A DNA stretch of 64,000 nucleotides, from positions 124,001 through 188,000 of the forward strand of contig JAKMXF010000300.1 of the NCBI GenBank assembly GCA_024704765.1. The letters run 5' to 3'. Position numbers and translations under genes: made by a program. How positions within the stretch are numbered: position 1 is the first letter of the stretch; every line of letters starts with the position of its first letter. The stretch comes from Oopsacas minuta (Eukaryota > Animalia > Porifera). Below the pieces are notes generated by a model that was not told where the DNA came from, did not search any database, and saw nothing but the letters and a program-made list of their open reading frames with translations. Positions 42,541-53,190 of this stretch are shown piece after piece.

Positions 42541-42795
42541 TATTTATTCATTGGAATTCCCAAACTTCACTTAATATATTAGTTAGATAGTAAGATACTA
42601 GTATACAGCTTTATTTCTATTTGTACATTCATTGTTTTCTAATTTCCGATAATCAATTAAACTTTGTAGAGTTGATTGTAGTCTGTATTTTCAGATTAAA
42701 GAGTAAACATACGAGATTTGTTAGTTATTTGTTTATTCTTTTAACATTTTAACTTTTATTATGTGTGACTAGTATCAGGGTTTAGTAAGTGTATT

Positions 42796-45333
42796 ATGGC
42801 GGATATAAAGAGTGAATTAGCTGCTAAGCGTAACAAGTTAGAAGAACTGAAGAGACGAAATCAACCTGCTGGGCCTAAGAACTCTCCTTCTCGTGACACT
42901 CCTCCAATTGTCGATCCGGTTATTGACGCTAAGAAGAAGCCGAATGAAGAATTGTCACAGAAAAGGTTTGAAGTAGACAGGTTAGTTAGTATTATAATTA
43001 TAACAATGGATGATGAACTTATCATTATTATCCTTAGTCTTTTGAAGGATTTGAATCTACCTTTTGTAAAAGGAGAAGCAGATACACCCAGAACATCAAT
43101 CTCTCCTTCATCTCTCACTCACAGACACAAACCTGTGTGCTCAATAACTGTACTCAAAGGTGTTAATATACTACCAAGGGATAGTGTTAACTATGCTAAG
43201 TCTACACAGACTGAATTTACAGGAGGTTAATTGAGTTGTTTATACGAAACTTTGTAGTATATTATAGCTCTTGTTTTCGCGTGACTAGAAATTTTCACCA
43301 AATTTGTGCACCTCTAGATGCATACAAGTGAAAATGTATAATTCATACCATTATACATTTAGTTATTACTTCTATTTATTCGCACTATGGATGGATATCT
43401 TACTACTTGAGTATTCGATATTCTTAAGTTCAATAAGTTGTATTAATTTTATAGAATTGAGAGAAAATGAAGATGGTGATTCACTCCCTGCTAGTCCCAT
43501 CCGTCCTGAGACATTCAATCTAGAGGAGGGGACTAATATGGATGACGAGGGTACAGTTAAAGAGGAAGATAAACACACACATGCGTCTGGAGCACTGGTT
43601 AACTTAACGGAGGAACAGAAACAAGCTATTGTATCTTCTGAGAGTTTCTTTACGTTTTTTGACTGGTCTACTCGAGTCATGGAGCGAGCTCTAGGAGAGA
43701 ATAATAATAGAGTTGATATTTTCCGCGATTACGCGGGGAAAGATCAGCTAGATGAAGATCCAATTAAAGACAAGGTAAACCGTAAAGTATAATTTTAACA
43801 ATTTCTTTGCACGATTAATATGTTAAATATATATTGTATCCGTCTGTTAGAATATTCCGCGTTATTTATATAATAATAGGTTGCGCTTAATAGAGAATTC
43901 TTTGATGATCACTGGAGTCGTAACCGTGTAGTGACGTCAATGGATTGGTCCACAACTTATCCAGAACTTCTCCTGTCTTCCTATTTCACTAATGAGGAAG
44001 CTCCTTCTGAACCAGATGGTGTTGTTTGTCTTTGGAATTATAAATATCAGAGAGAAAGTCCTGAGTATGTGTTTCATTGGCAGAGCCCTGTTCTTACTGC
44101 TAAGTTTGCTCCTTTCCATCCTAACCTTATTATAGGTATGTATAATAGATATAATGGGAACATGAGACGCCATCCTAACACTCCTTTCATTTATTTTCAT
44201 AATTCTACTGCCTACATGTTGAAAACTTCAAATGATGTATTATAGGTGGATGCTACAGTGGTCAGATAGTAATGTGGGATACCCGTACACACAAACGTAC
44301 GCCTGTACAGAAGACTACATTCTCAACAAAAGCACATGTATATCCAGTATACTGTCTAGATGTAGTTGGATCTAAAAACGCTCACAATTTAATCTCAATA
44401 TCAAAAGATGGAAAGATTTGTTCTTGGAGCTTAGAGAATTTATCTCAGCCACAATACCACGTGGGTATAGATTCAAAGACAGGCACTCAGAAGCCACTAT
44501 ACGCTACATGTATGTCATTCCCTGTCAATGACGTCAACAGGTTCTATGTAGGTACTGATGAGAAGAATGCCTACCAGATTGTACGTCATGGAAATGATCA
44601 AGGAACTCCTGTATCATATGAAGGACATAGTGGTCCTATTTCAGGTATACATAATCTCTTAAAACTTGTTTCGATATCCATATTTATGTTAAAATACCAT
44701 ATTTACTCGGAAAAGTGGGCGTATGGATCTTAGAATATTTGAAATTATCATAATCCTAACTATTAATATACTCTAATTATTATAGGCATTGATTGTCATC
44801 GTGTCAGTTCAAGTCAGTTCGACTTCTCCTCCTTGTTTCTGACTAGCTCAGCTGATTGGAGTGTAAAGTTATGGAATGCGAGTGATGCTGATCCAAATGC
44901 TGGAGGTAAAGCAGCTCTACACACATTTGCACACAGTGTGGATTATGTATGGGGTGTACAGTGGAGCCCTGTACATCCTGCTGTGTTTGCTAGCATTGAC
45001 GGAGGAGGAAATTTGTATATGTGGAATATCAACCAAGATGTTGAGGCGAGTTTTCTAATCGGTCAATAGGACTATATCTGTTTTACCCCTATTTATCCTT
45101 GAGTATTGTAGGTTCCCTCGACTAAGGAACAAGTTGGAACTGCGTTAAATTGCTTGAGATTTCACCCGGAAGGCAGACAGATAGCTGTAGGAGATGAAGC
45201 TGGTAGAATACATGTCTACAATCTTTCTGAGTCTCATATAAATCCTAGTGCTGATGAATGGGTTAAGCTACAGAATATTCTAGAAGATTTCGAATCTAAT
45301 GATTTAGCACAGACAGAAGATAGAATCCATTGA
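42796..45333 (+). CDS. DYNC1I: Cytoplasmic dynein 1 intermediate chain, 7 exons: 42796-42980, 43038-43225, 43455-43774, 43880-44135, 44246-44644, 44786-45045, 45112-45333; 609 aa
   Basis: MADIKSELAAKRNKLEELKR, NYAKSTQT (light-chain binding), FFDWSTRVMERAL, WD40 repeats (TSMDWS..YPELLLSSY, PDGVVCLWN, TSSADWSVKLW, VQWSPVHPAVFA). In frame (1830 nt); intron 6 is GC-AG. Confidence 0.95.
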
Positions 45334-45538
45334 TATTGTGGTGAATTGAAATATATTTTCTATATAAAATTTATCATTTCGTACTTATTCATATCAGAAT
45401 GTAATTATAGTTTATTAGATACCTATGGAGTAGACTCCCTTAATAGGGTCACATCGGGACCAGGCCTTTTGACCCGATTAACCGGAGTAACTAACACTAT
45501 TTATATGGTTCTGTTTTGGCCAAGTGATTAGGGTTTGT

Positions 45539-46066
45539 ATGGCAGAATTACATATAATTGGTGAAATTGTGAGTGGAGTTGGTTTCAGTTCTCCTAACTT
45601 GTTTTGTTCTTGGAAACTTTCTTACGGGAATGCGTGGAAAGAGCTGGGCGGAGATACTGAAGGACAGACGCATGTAGATATACCATCTGACTACACTACC
45701 GCGATATTCTCACATCCAATTCACGTACATTTAGCCACACGGGATGTACAAGGTTGGCCAAGGATTTTGTTCCGAGTTTACAGAGAGAGTATTTTCGGAC
45801 AATCTGAGTTATGCGGATATGGCGTTACTTATATTCCTAGTACACCAGGTATGCATGAGTTATCCTGTCATGTTTGGAAACCCGTGGGTACCCTTCTGCA
45901 TCAGGTTCTAGAGTTTTTTCTTGGTGGTAGCCCTGAGCTAGTTGATGATGACGTAATATTGTCTGGGACAAATAGACAACGTATTTGTACAACTACGAGT
46001 GGGAAGTTGAAACTGAGGATAAATGTTATTACGCGTAACTTTGATAAATTTAATGTTGATATTTGA
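45539..46066 (+). CDS. B9D2: B9 domain-containing protein 2, intronless
   Basis: MAELHIIGEI, EGQTHVD, FSHPIHVH, GWPRI, GYG..YIPSTPG.HE, WKPVG. Confidence 0.92.
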   Translation: MAELHIIGEIVSGVGFSSPNLFCSWKLSYGNAWKELGGDTEGQTHVDIPSDYTTAIFSHPIHVHLATRDVQGWPRILFRVYRESIFGQSELCGYGVTYIPSTPGMHELSCHVWKPVGTLLHQVLEFFLGGSPELVDDDVILSGTNRQRICTTTSGKLKLRINVITRNFDKFNVDI

Positions 46067-46866
46067 TGTATTATCTTTACCAAAAACCAATCACTTTTCT
46101 GTTTACTTTTCTGTTTACTTTTCTGGTTAATTAATTTGGCTGAGAATTTTACTGTGTTTAACTTTTGGAGACAAAGCACTACTTTTAATTAACTTATCTG
46201 TTAATTCTGGTGTAATCGAGTCTTGAATCCTACACAGTGAACTAATGCTGTTATAACCTCTGCTGATGTATAAATACTTAAATATGCTTTGAATATCCTC
46301 GAATTTATATTTTCCGATGGACCTTTGTTGATACAAATTCAGTTATATTTGTAGTTTTGAACTTTGAGATTCGATTACTAATATCTGCAAACGCTATTCC
46401 ATCTGTTTATTACAGCTGATAATTGCTGTAACCTTTGACCTCAAATGCCACGTATTTTGATAGATAATAATGACCTCTGTCCTACAGACGTTTCTATTGT
46501 ACTCACAATAGCGTAAGTTGTATTGTAAACCATGCCATTGTAACTCATCTGTTGCTATGAGAATAATGAATACTTGATAGAGAATACGTAGTTGTGAAAT
46601 TAATATCCTTCAATTCCAATTCATTCATTAATACTAATAGAGTATTTCATTATCTTACAGTTTTATGCCTAGCAACTAAGCAGTCGTCAAATTATGTCAA
46701 TATTGTATTGGATTCTATTAATAGGCTGGTGTATTATCCTGGGCTTATTATCATTAATTTACATAGAAAGTGTGCTAATTAGAAAACCTACTCGATAGTG
46801 TACACATATATAAAGGAATTATCAATATAGTGATAATTTGTTCTATAATTATTGTAGCTTTTAATA

Positions 46867-49800
46867 ATGGATTTATTGATTTTGAAGATTTTATTCTATT
46901 TCTCACTTACTGTATTTACTAATGTACATTCACAAGATATTTCAGTGGAAATGGCAGGCGTTTTTGTTACTTTTACTTCACCATTTCTGGTTCTAAACTC
47001 TGGTGAACCAACTCGTATAAAATGTACAAGTAATACTTCAGAATTTCCTGAATGGGTTGATCCCAATAATGCTGATATTATCTCATCAGATGTTCCCGCA
47101 ATGAATGAGAATATTTTCGCGGTTTCTAACACCACAGAAGTTTCGTCTACTCTAACATTTACTGACAATAACATATCAACAGAAATGGAGGGTGAATATG
47201 CATGTCGAATCGGTTCGACAACAATCTTCCTTCCTATATTTGTAATGATCCCTTTCTTAGATGTTACCATCGATCCAACTGATTCTTCTGTCATTGTCAC
47301 TCAAGGGAGTGGTATCATGATGCTATCTTGTTCCTCTCTAGGTTATCCCACACCCACAATTACAGTGAGTGAATCTCTCAACCTCGTGGAAACTCTCACA
47401 TCAACAACCTCACCTGTTGATATTGACATTACTACTTTATCAGCTGGTTTATATAACTTCACTTGCAGTGCTGTGAATAGTTATAAAGAATCTTCTTTAG
47501 AAATATTACTCACATTACTCCCTGTTACGGAGATAGTGCTTACCCCTGTTGAATTTCTACGTACACCATTTGACAACCAATCAATCTCAACAGTTGACAC
47601 TAACAGCCCATCATATGCCATACGTGTAGGTTCTGCTTTCAATCTATCATGTCCATTCACTGAATTCCAATACCCCAGTCCCGTAACCTGGACATATACA
47701 ACTTTAGGAGGTACAGGCAGTTCCAGTAGGGATATATCAATTCCTATTCTAACTATGGAGCATGCAGGTAACTACACATGTGGTTATCTGACGGATACCG
47801 TTACACTTGAGATAGTACCTTCTTCATATAGAGTACTAATACAAAGAAATAGCGTGGCTACGCCTGTAGCACCAACACGTATATACCAGATAACAACCAT
47901 GGATACTGTATTGTTTATCTGTATAGGTACTAGCACAGTTGATCTGTCTACAGAAGGATGGTTTTACCCGTCTGGTGGTCAGGTGACAAGCCCGTATGGT
48001 GGTTTGACAACTAACGTATCCCAAATGAGTGTAACATATGAACTGACCTTTGATCGTGCTTATATGAATCTAACTGGTAGCTACACTTGTAGAGTTAGAG
48101 GTGAAGATGGTGTGCTCAATCAGCTGACTGTTATTGTTAATATATCAGCAGTTGTCATCCCTCCAACCACAACACCAATAATAATAATAACAACCCCAAA
48201 TACAACAAATCCTAATACTATTGTTTCTACTTCTATTTCTACTGTCACAAATGACACTAATAATTCCACCACTACAGTTCTACCATCAGGTCTTACTTCC
48301 ATTCAATTGACGCTTATAACCGCTATCAGCTTGTTGTTCGTATTCATTGTGTTGATGTGCATTGTGACTTTGATTTGTTGCATCGTTGCTTGTCGCATTA
48401 CCTACATGAAATCTAATATTTCTCGGAGTAAATCTATTCAGCAAATTGAGGAATCACTTGAGCTCTCTATCTATAATCCAATAGCTAGATGCAAGTTTAG
48501 CGGATCATACCGGAAATTATCACAGGATGGTAATTTAGGGTTTGTAGAACAATTCAAGAAGTTACCTACTGATACTGGGAAGCCTTCTGAGATGGCACAG
48601 GCTGATGCAAACTCTGAGATGAATCGAGATAAACATATTGTTCCATTCGATGATTCTCGTGTCATTCTCTCTCCTGATGATTCAGGATCAGACTATATTA
48701 ACGCTAGCTTCATTAACGGAGCTTTTCTACCGAACAGATATATTGCAGCTCAAGCCCCGATGGAGGCTTTTGTAGATCATTTCTGGCGTATGATTTGGGA
48801 GCATGACGTCAAGGTTATAGTGATGTTAACTAAAATCTCAGAATGTGGAATTAAGCTCTCTTATCAATACTGGCCCACATCTAGACCAACTCAAACATAC
48901 GGTATAATCATTGTAGATATTTTAGAAGTTACCGAGTTACGTCACTGCATTATACAGACGTTTAAAATTAAGAGAATGTTTGAGGGGAAGAGTAGAGTTG
49001 TCAAGCATTTTCAATTCTTATCTTGGCCCGAGAATAATGTCCCAGACTATCCTACCTCGTTGATAACATTCACAAGGAGAATTCGAGGTTATGTGAAAAA
49101 GCAAGAAATAGAAGCTCCAATCCTGGTGCATTGTAATTTAGGGATTGGTCGTACAGGTTCTTGGATTGCTATTGATATTCTATGGGATAAATTAGAATGG
49201 GATGATACGAGTATTGACGTATATGGATGTTGTTGTTTACTTAATATGCAGCGTAAACATATGATTCAGTATATTTCACAATACGTGTTTACTCATAGGA
49301 CAATTAAAGAACTTACCGAAACGGGAAATACTGAATTTGAGATGGAAATGTTTCAACATAAGTTCCAGGAAAAAATTATGATAGTTCAAGATCATGAAAG
49401 TTTGTTAGGGAAAGAGTTTAAATTGTTAACTACTCAATACCCCAACGAACAATTCAGAACTGCTCAACTAATCGAGAATAAAAACAAGAATAGATATTCT
49501 CATTGTATTCCTATTGAAGAACATCGTGTTATTTTACCGAAGAAAAGTGGAGATATGTATTCTGACTACATTAATGCTTCCTATATTGATGGAAATGTAC
49601 GTACTTCTCAGTTCATTATAACACAGACTCCGTGTAAGGCTAATCTCGAGGATTTCTGGAGAATGGTTTTACTAACACGCTCTGAAATAATGGTGATATT
49701 CCCTTCACCTACAAAAGGGTCTTCTAGTAGGCGTGGCAGCCATTATTACCCCAATCTACGTGCAGAGACTGTAGAAGGTATATACACTATCAGTTGTCTG

Positions 49801-50220
49801 GAGGATAAAACTTGTGAAGGATTTCAATACAGAATTATTGGTGTGAAGAATACTCAAGATAATACCTATCTCAATCTACATCATTTCCAGTTCCTACGCT
49901 TGCCAAATCCTGGGATAGATATGGTAGATTCGTATCAGTCAATGCATAACATGCTACATGCCGTGAAGCAAAAATCATATGAGGTATCCAAGGGTGGACC
50001 TATTACTATGCATTGTTCATCTGGATGTGGCTGGAGTGCGGTTTTTATCGCTTTATTCGTTCTCTTTGATCATTTAGAGAAAGATTCTTGTATTGATGTA
50101 TTTCAAACAGTGAAAGCCTTGCGTTTACAACGTCCATATATGGTGGAAACACTAGAACAATATGAGTACATCCATCAAGCTGTACTCGAGAAATTCTATC
50201 CTACTCTGGCTCATGTTTGA
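46867..50220 (+). CDS. Receptor-type protein tyrosine phosphatase (signal peptide, Ig-like domains, Thr-rich stalk, TM, tandem D1/D2), intronless, 1117 aa
   Basis: Ig cysteine motifs (C..EGEYAC, C..GLYNFTC, C..AGNYTC, C..TGSYTC), a TM at ~480-510, DYINAS, FWRMIW, VHCNLGIGRTG, KNRY, MHCSSGCGW, LRLQRPYMVETLEQY. Confidence 0.92.
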   Translation: MDLLILKILFYFSLTVFTNVHSQDISVEMAGVFVTFTSPFLVLNSGEPTRIKCTSNTSEFPEWVDPNNADIISSDVPAMNENIFAVSNTTEVSSTLTFTDNNISTEMEGEYACRIGSTTIFLPIFVMIPFLDVTIDPTDSSVIVTQGSGIMMLSCSSLGYPTPTITVSESLNLVETLTSTTSPVDIDITTLSAGLYNFTCSAVNSYKESSLEILLTLLPVTEIVLTPVEFLRTPFDNQSISTVDTNSPSYAIRVGSAFNLSCPFTEFQYPSPVTWTYTTLGGTGSSSRDISIPILTMEHAGNYTCGYLTDTVTLEIVPSSYRVLIQRNSVATPVAPTRIYQITTMDTVLFICIGTSTVDLSTEGWFYPSGGQVTSPYGGLTTNVSQMSVTYELTFDRAYMNLTGSYTCRVRGEDGVLNQLTVIVNISAVVIPPTTTPIIIITTPNTTNPNTIVSTSISTVTNDTNNSTTTVLPSGLTSIQLTLITAISLLFVFIVLMCIVTLICCIVACRITYMKSNISRSKSIQQIEESLELSIYNPIARCKFSGSYRKLSQDGNLGFVEQFKKLPTDTGKPSEMAQADANSEMNRDKHIVPFDDSRVILSPDDSGSDYINASFINGAFLPNRYIAAQAPMEAFVDHFWRMIWEHDVKVIVMLTKISECGIKLSYQYWPTSRPTQTYGIIIVDILEVTELRHCIIQTFKIKRMFEGKSRVVKHFQFLSWPENNVPDYPTSLITFTRRIRGYVKKQEIEAPILVHCNLGIGRTGSWIAIDILWDKLEWDDTSIDVYGCCCLLNMQRKHMIQYISQYVFTHRTIKELTETGNTEFEMEMFQHKFQEKIMIVQDHESLLGKEFKLLTTQYPNEQFRTAQLIENKNKNRYSHCIPIEEHRVILPKKSGDMYSDYINASYIDGNVRTSQFIITQTPCKANLEDFWRMVLLTRSEIMVIFPSPTKGSSSRRGSHYYPNLRAETVEGIYTISCLEDKTCEGFQYRIIGVKNTQDNTYLNLHHFQFLRLPNPGIDMVDSYQSMHNMLHAVKQKSYEVSKGGPITMHCSSGCGWSAVFIALFVLFDHLEKDSCIDVFQTVKALRLQRPYMVETLEQYEYIHQAVLEKFYPTLAHV

Positions 50221-50869
50221 GACAGTCCATTGATAATTCCTACTATTGCAACAAATATAATGTTTGTGGACCATGCTGATTTTGATATTTGTGTATGTGA
50301 TTTTGTCTCTACTATTGGAATTTAATCTTTTGCATTTTGTGTTTGTATATTTGATTTCTTATTATGAATTGTAATATATGAATTTCAATTTTATTTAGGA
50401 GGAACTATTAAGGGAAAATTAAAGACTGATTGTATGTGGTAGGTTTTAGACGGATGGAGTGTACACAGGTTCTCAGTTCCATCCCCCTAAACTGCATTAT
50501 AATTCTTTCCATACGCCTAGTGTCCTAGACAATACATTTTGTAGTACGATATAAGAGTCTGCAAAATTTTAGTACACCAAGAGATATATTAGCTGCAATT
50601 TATGCGTCTGTAACCGCGCCTGGATAATATCCTGACTGTGAAGTCTATATTTTACTGGCTAAAGTGTAGCCTGTAATTTCTGTATAACATACGTTTGCAG
50701 AATTCTAACTAAATAACTTGAGTTAAATTATTCCTTAGACAGCCGCTGACTCTACCTTCATACAATACACATTGTAAAATGATCATATAATAGTGGGTAT
50801 CATGCTTATTATTAGCTACGTAGTTCACTGTTGCATTTTACCTAATGTTATAGCATTTACTGGGTGGTG

Positions 50870-52174
50870 ATGTCTGGAGAAGTTTGCTCCAGTGATAATG
50901 AGAGGAGTGAGGTGCGTCGTTCTGCACGCTCCACAGCTGGTAACCGTCTAAGGGAAATGATTAGACTTGAATTGAAAAGGAAAAATAATGAACGTTATCT
51001 ACAAGATACGTTTGAAGGAATTCAAACAGGGAAAGAAGGAATGGAACTTCTAATTTCTGATAATAATTCGATTTCAGATATTGATGATGAATCTGAATAT
51101 TCCACTGAAGCATCTTCTGAGGATATTGTCGATTCAGATTTTGATGATTCAGTGAATGAAGAAGGAAGCGATTCTGGACAAGAAGTGGAATTAGAATCAC
51201 AGCCAAAACGGAAAAGAATTGGGAAACGTATTCTTACTAGGTCTACTAGTCATCCAACCAAACTAGTTACAACTACTGATAGTATAAGCGAGTTTATTGG
51301 TTCAAAGAAAAAATCAAATAAATTCAAAGAAAGATCTCAATTTCCTAGCTCAATTAGTGAAGGTTATAATCTAGAATATTCTGGTTTATTTTAACTTACA
51401 GCCAACTCCCATATATCGAAGTCTTAAATGTTACAATTTGGTTCCAAACCATCAAAGTAACATAATTATAATCGGTTTTATCAAAGGATTTATCGCAGTC
51501 CCTTGAGCTTCGATATATCGTGAGTTGAATGGTATTTCATCAATGAATTTATAGGTACAAGAAGGTCTAAACGTAACTCAACACGTCAGAGTACAGAGGA
51601 AGCTAGACAGAAACATCTGACAGAGACTAAAGATAGACATGAGCGTTTTTTGAAAAGTGCTAAAAACCGTAAAAATACTGTTAAACCTCTGAGCCAAGAG
51701 GAGCTATTGAAAGAGGCGGAGGAAACCGAAAAATTAAACACAGACTCTTTAAAATCCTACCTTGAAATGCAAATTCAAAGGAAAAAGTTCGTGTCACGGA
51801 AGAAGCATGCTATCCATGGTCCTTTTATACGTTATCTCTCTACTTCTCGAGCTCCTAATGATAGTCCACGTACACGTAAACAACATGCATTATCTGGTAG
51901 TACACATGTCGTTAACTTGATAATACACAGTCATCCAGAAGAATCTCCCTCGGTTTTTCGCACTTACAACACACGCAAGCGTAACGAAAGCCTCCGTAGT
52001 ACATGTCCTATATCAGGCCTCCCTGCTAGATATAGAGACCCATTAACTAAACTTCCTTACTATAATGCAGATGCTTTTAAATCTATTCGTGCTAAATATG
52101 CACAGGAACAGGAAGAGAGGTATTTGTCCCGCATAAATACACTGAAAGATATTTTGAATGGGAAAGACTCGTAG
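50870..52174 (+). CDS. VPS72: Vacuolar protein sorting 72 / YL1, 2 exons: 50870-51362, 51555-52174; 370 aa
   Basis: RSARSTAGNRL, acidic IVDSDFD, LSQEELLKEAEETEKLN..SL, YL1-C CPISGLPARYRDPLTKLPY. Confidence 0.92.
51399..51531. mobile_element. MITE family A copy (inverted) filling most of the VPS72 intron
   Basis: ta|cagccaactcccatatatcgaa ... cttgagcttcgatatatcgtgagttgaatg. Confidence 0.75.
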
Positions 52175-52303
52175 TTATATTTAGTATGTCATTATATATA
52201 TTGTCTGAATTATTCATTTCACTTGTCAACCACCACAACCTAATTGCTAACTCACTCTTTCATCTGACAAATTTTAGATACTGGTAATATTTTCAAGAAA
52301 TTC

Positions 52304-52567
52304 ATGAGCCAGGTGAATATCACTGTACTTTTCTTTGCTAAATCACGTGAACTTGTAAAGAAGGAATCCGCTCAAATATCCGTTCCAACGCCTATATCAT
52401 ACACTGAGCTAAAACAACTAATAATTCAGTTATACCCACAGCTCAATCCTATTCAGGACAGTTTCATTCTAGCATTAAATCAAGAATATATTAGGTCAGA
52501 CCAGGGATTATTAAAGTTAAATTCAACTGATACTATTGCTATTATTCCTCCTATTAGTGGTGGATAA
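52304..52567 (+). CDS. MOCS2A: Molybdopterin synthase sulfur carrier subunit (MoaD-like)
   Basis: ITVLFFAKSREL, LALNQEY, IAIIPPISGG (C-terminal Gly-Gly); 87 aa. Confidence 0.95.
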   Translation: MSQVNITVLFFAKSRELVKKESAQISVPTPISYTELKQLIIQLYPQLNPIQDSFILALNQEYIRSDQGLLKLNSTDTIAIIPPISGG

Positions 52568-52572
52568 TTATT

Positions 52573-53080
52573 ATGAGTACTTTCATCAAATTATCAAAGG
52601 AGAAGTTATCCATTGGTGATGTGTATAGTCAGGTTTGTGACCTTTGGAAATTCAAATGTTAGGAAATCTGTTAGTACGTATATTTGTTCATAGGTCCAGA
52701 GTCCAGCTTGCGGTGGTATTAGTGTGTTCTTGGGTACCACACGTGATAACTTTGAAGGTAAGTCTGTGGTTCGATTAGAATACGAAGCTTATGAAGAAAT
52801 GGCTGTTAAAGAATTGCATACAATTTGTGAGAATCTCCGTGCTAAGTGGAGTGTAGATAAAATCGCGGTTATTCACAGATTGGGCGAGGTGCCTATTGGA
52901 GAAATTGGTGTTGCTATCGCTATATCTTCTACTCACCGTAGTAACGCAATTAACGCTGTGGAATTCGCGATAGACAATCTTAAAAAGTACGTTCCCGTTT
53001 GGAAGAAGGAGTTTTATTCTGATGGGAGCTATGTTTGGAAGGAAAATTGTGAAGCACAGAAAATTACTGAATTCACTTGA
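52573..53080 (+). CDS. MOCS2B: Molybdopterin synthase catalytic subunit (MoaE-like), 2 exons: 52573-52632, 52694-53080; 148 aa
   Basis: [45 protein letters not shown]. Confidence 0.95.
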
Positions 53081-53190
53081 AAACATTTGTATTTCTATAA
53101 TTTTCTATTATTTATTTTCAAACTTTACATTAATACTTTTCCCTAGGTTGTTAATTGCTTGTAAGTATTTATATAACTTCAATAGCTCTA

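Noticed and set aside
46093-46125. 12-bp tandem repeat (ACTTTTCTGTTT x ~2.7) after B9D2
   Set aside because: Trivial slippage repeat in a 3'UTR.
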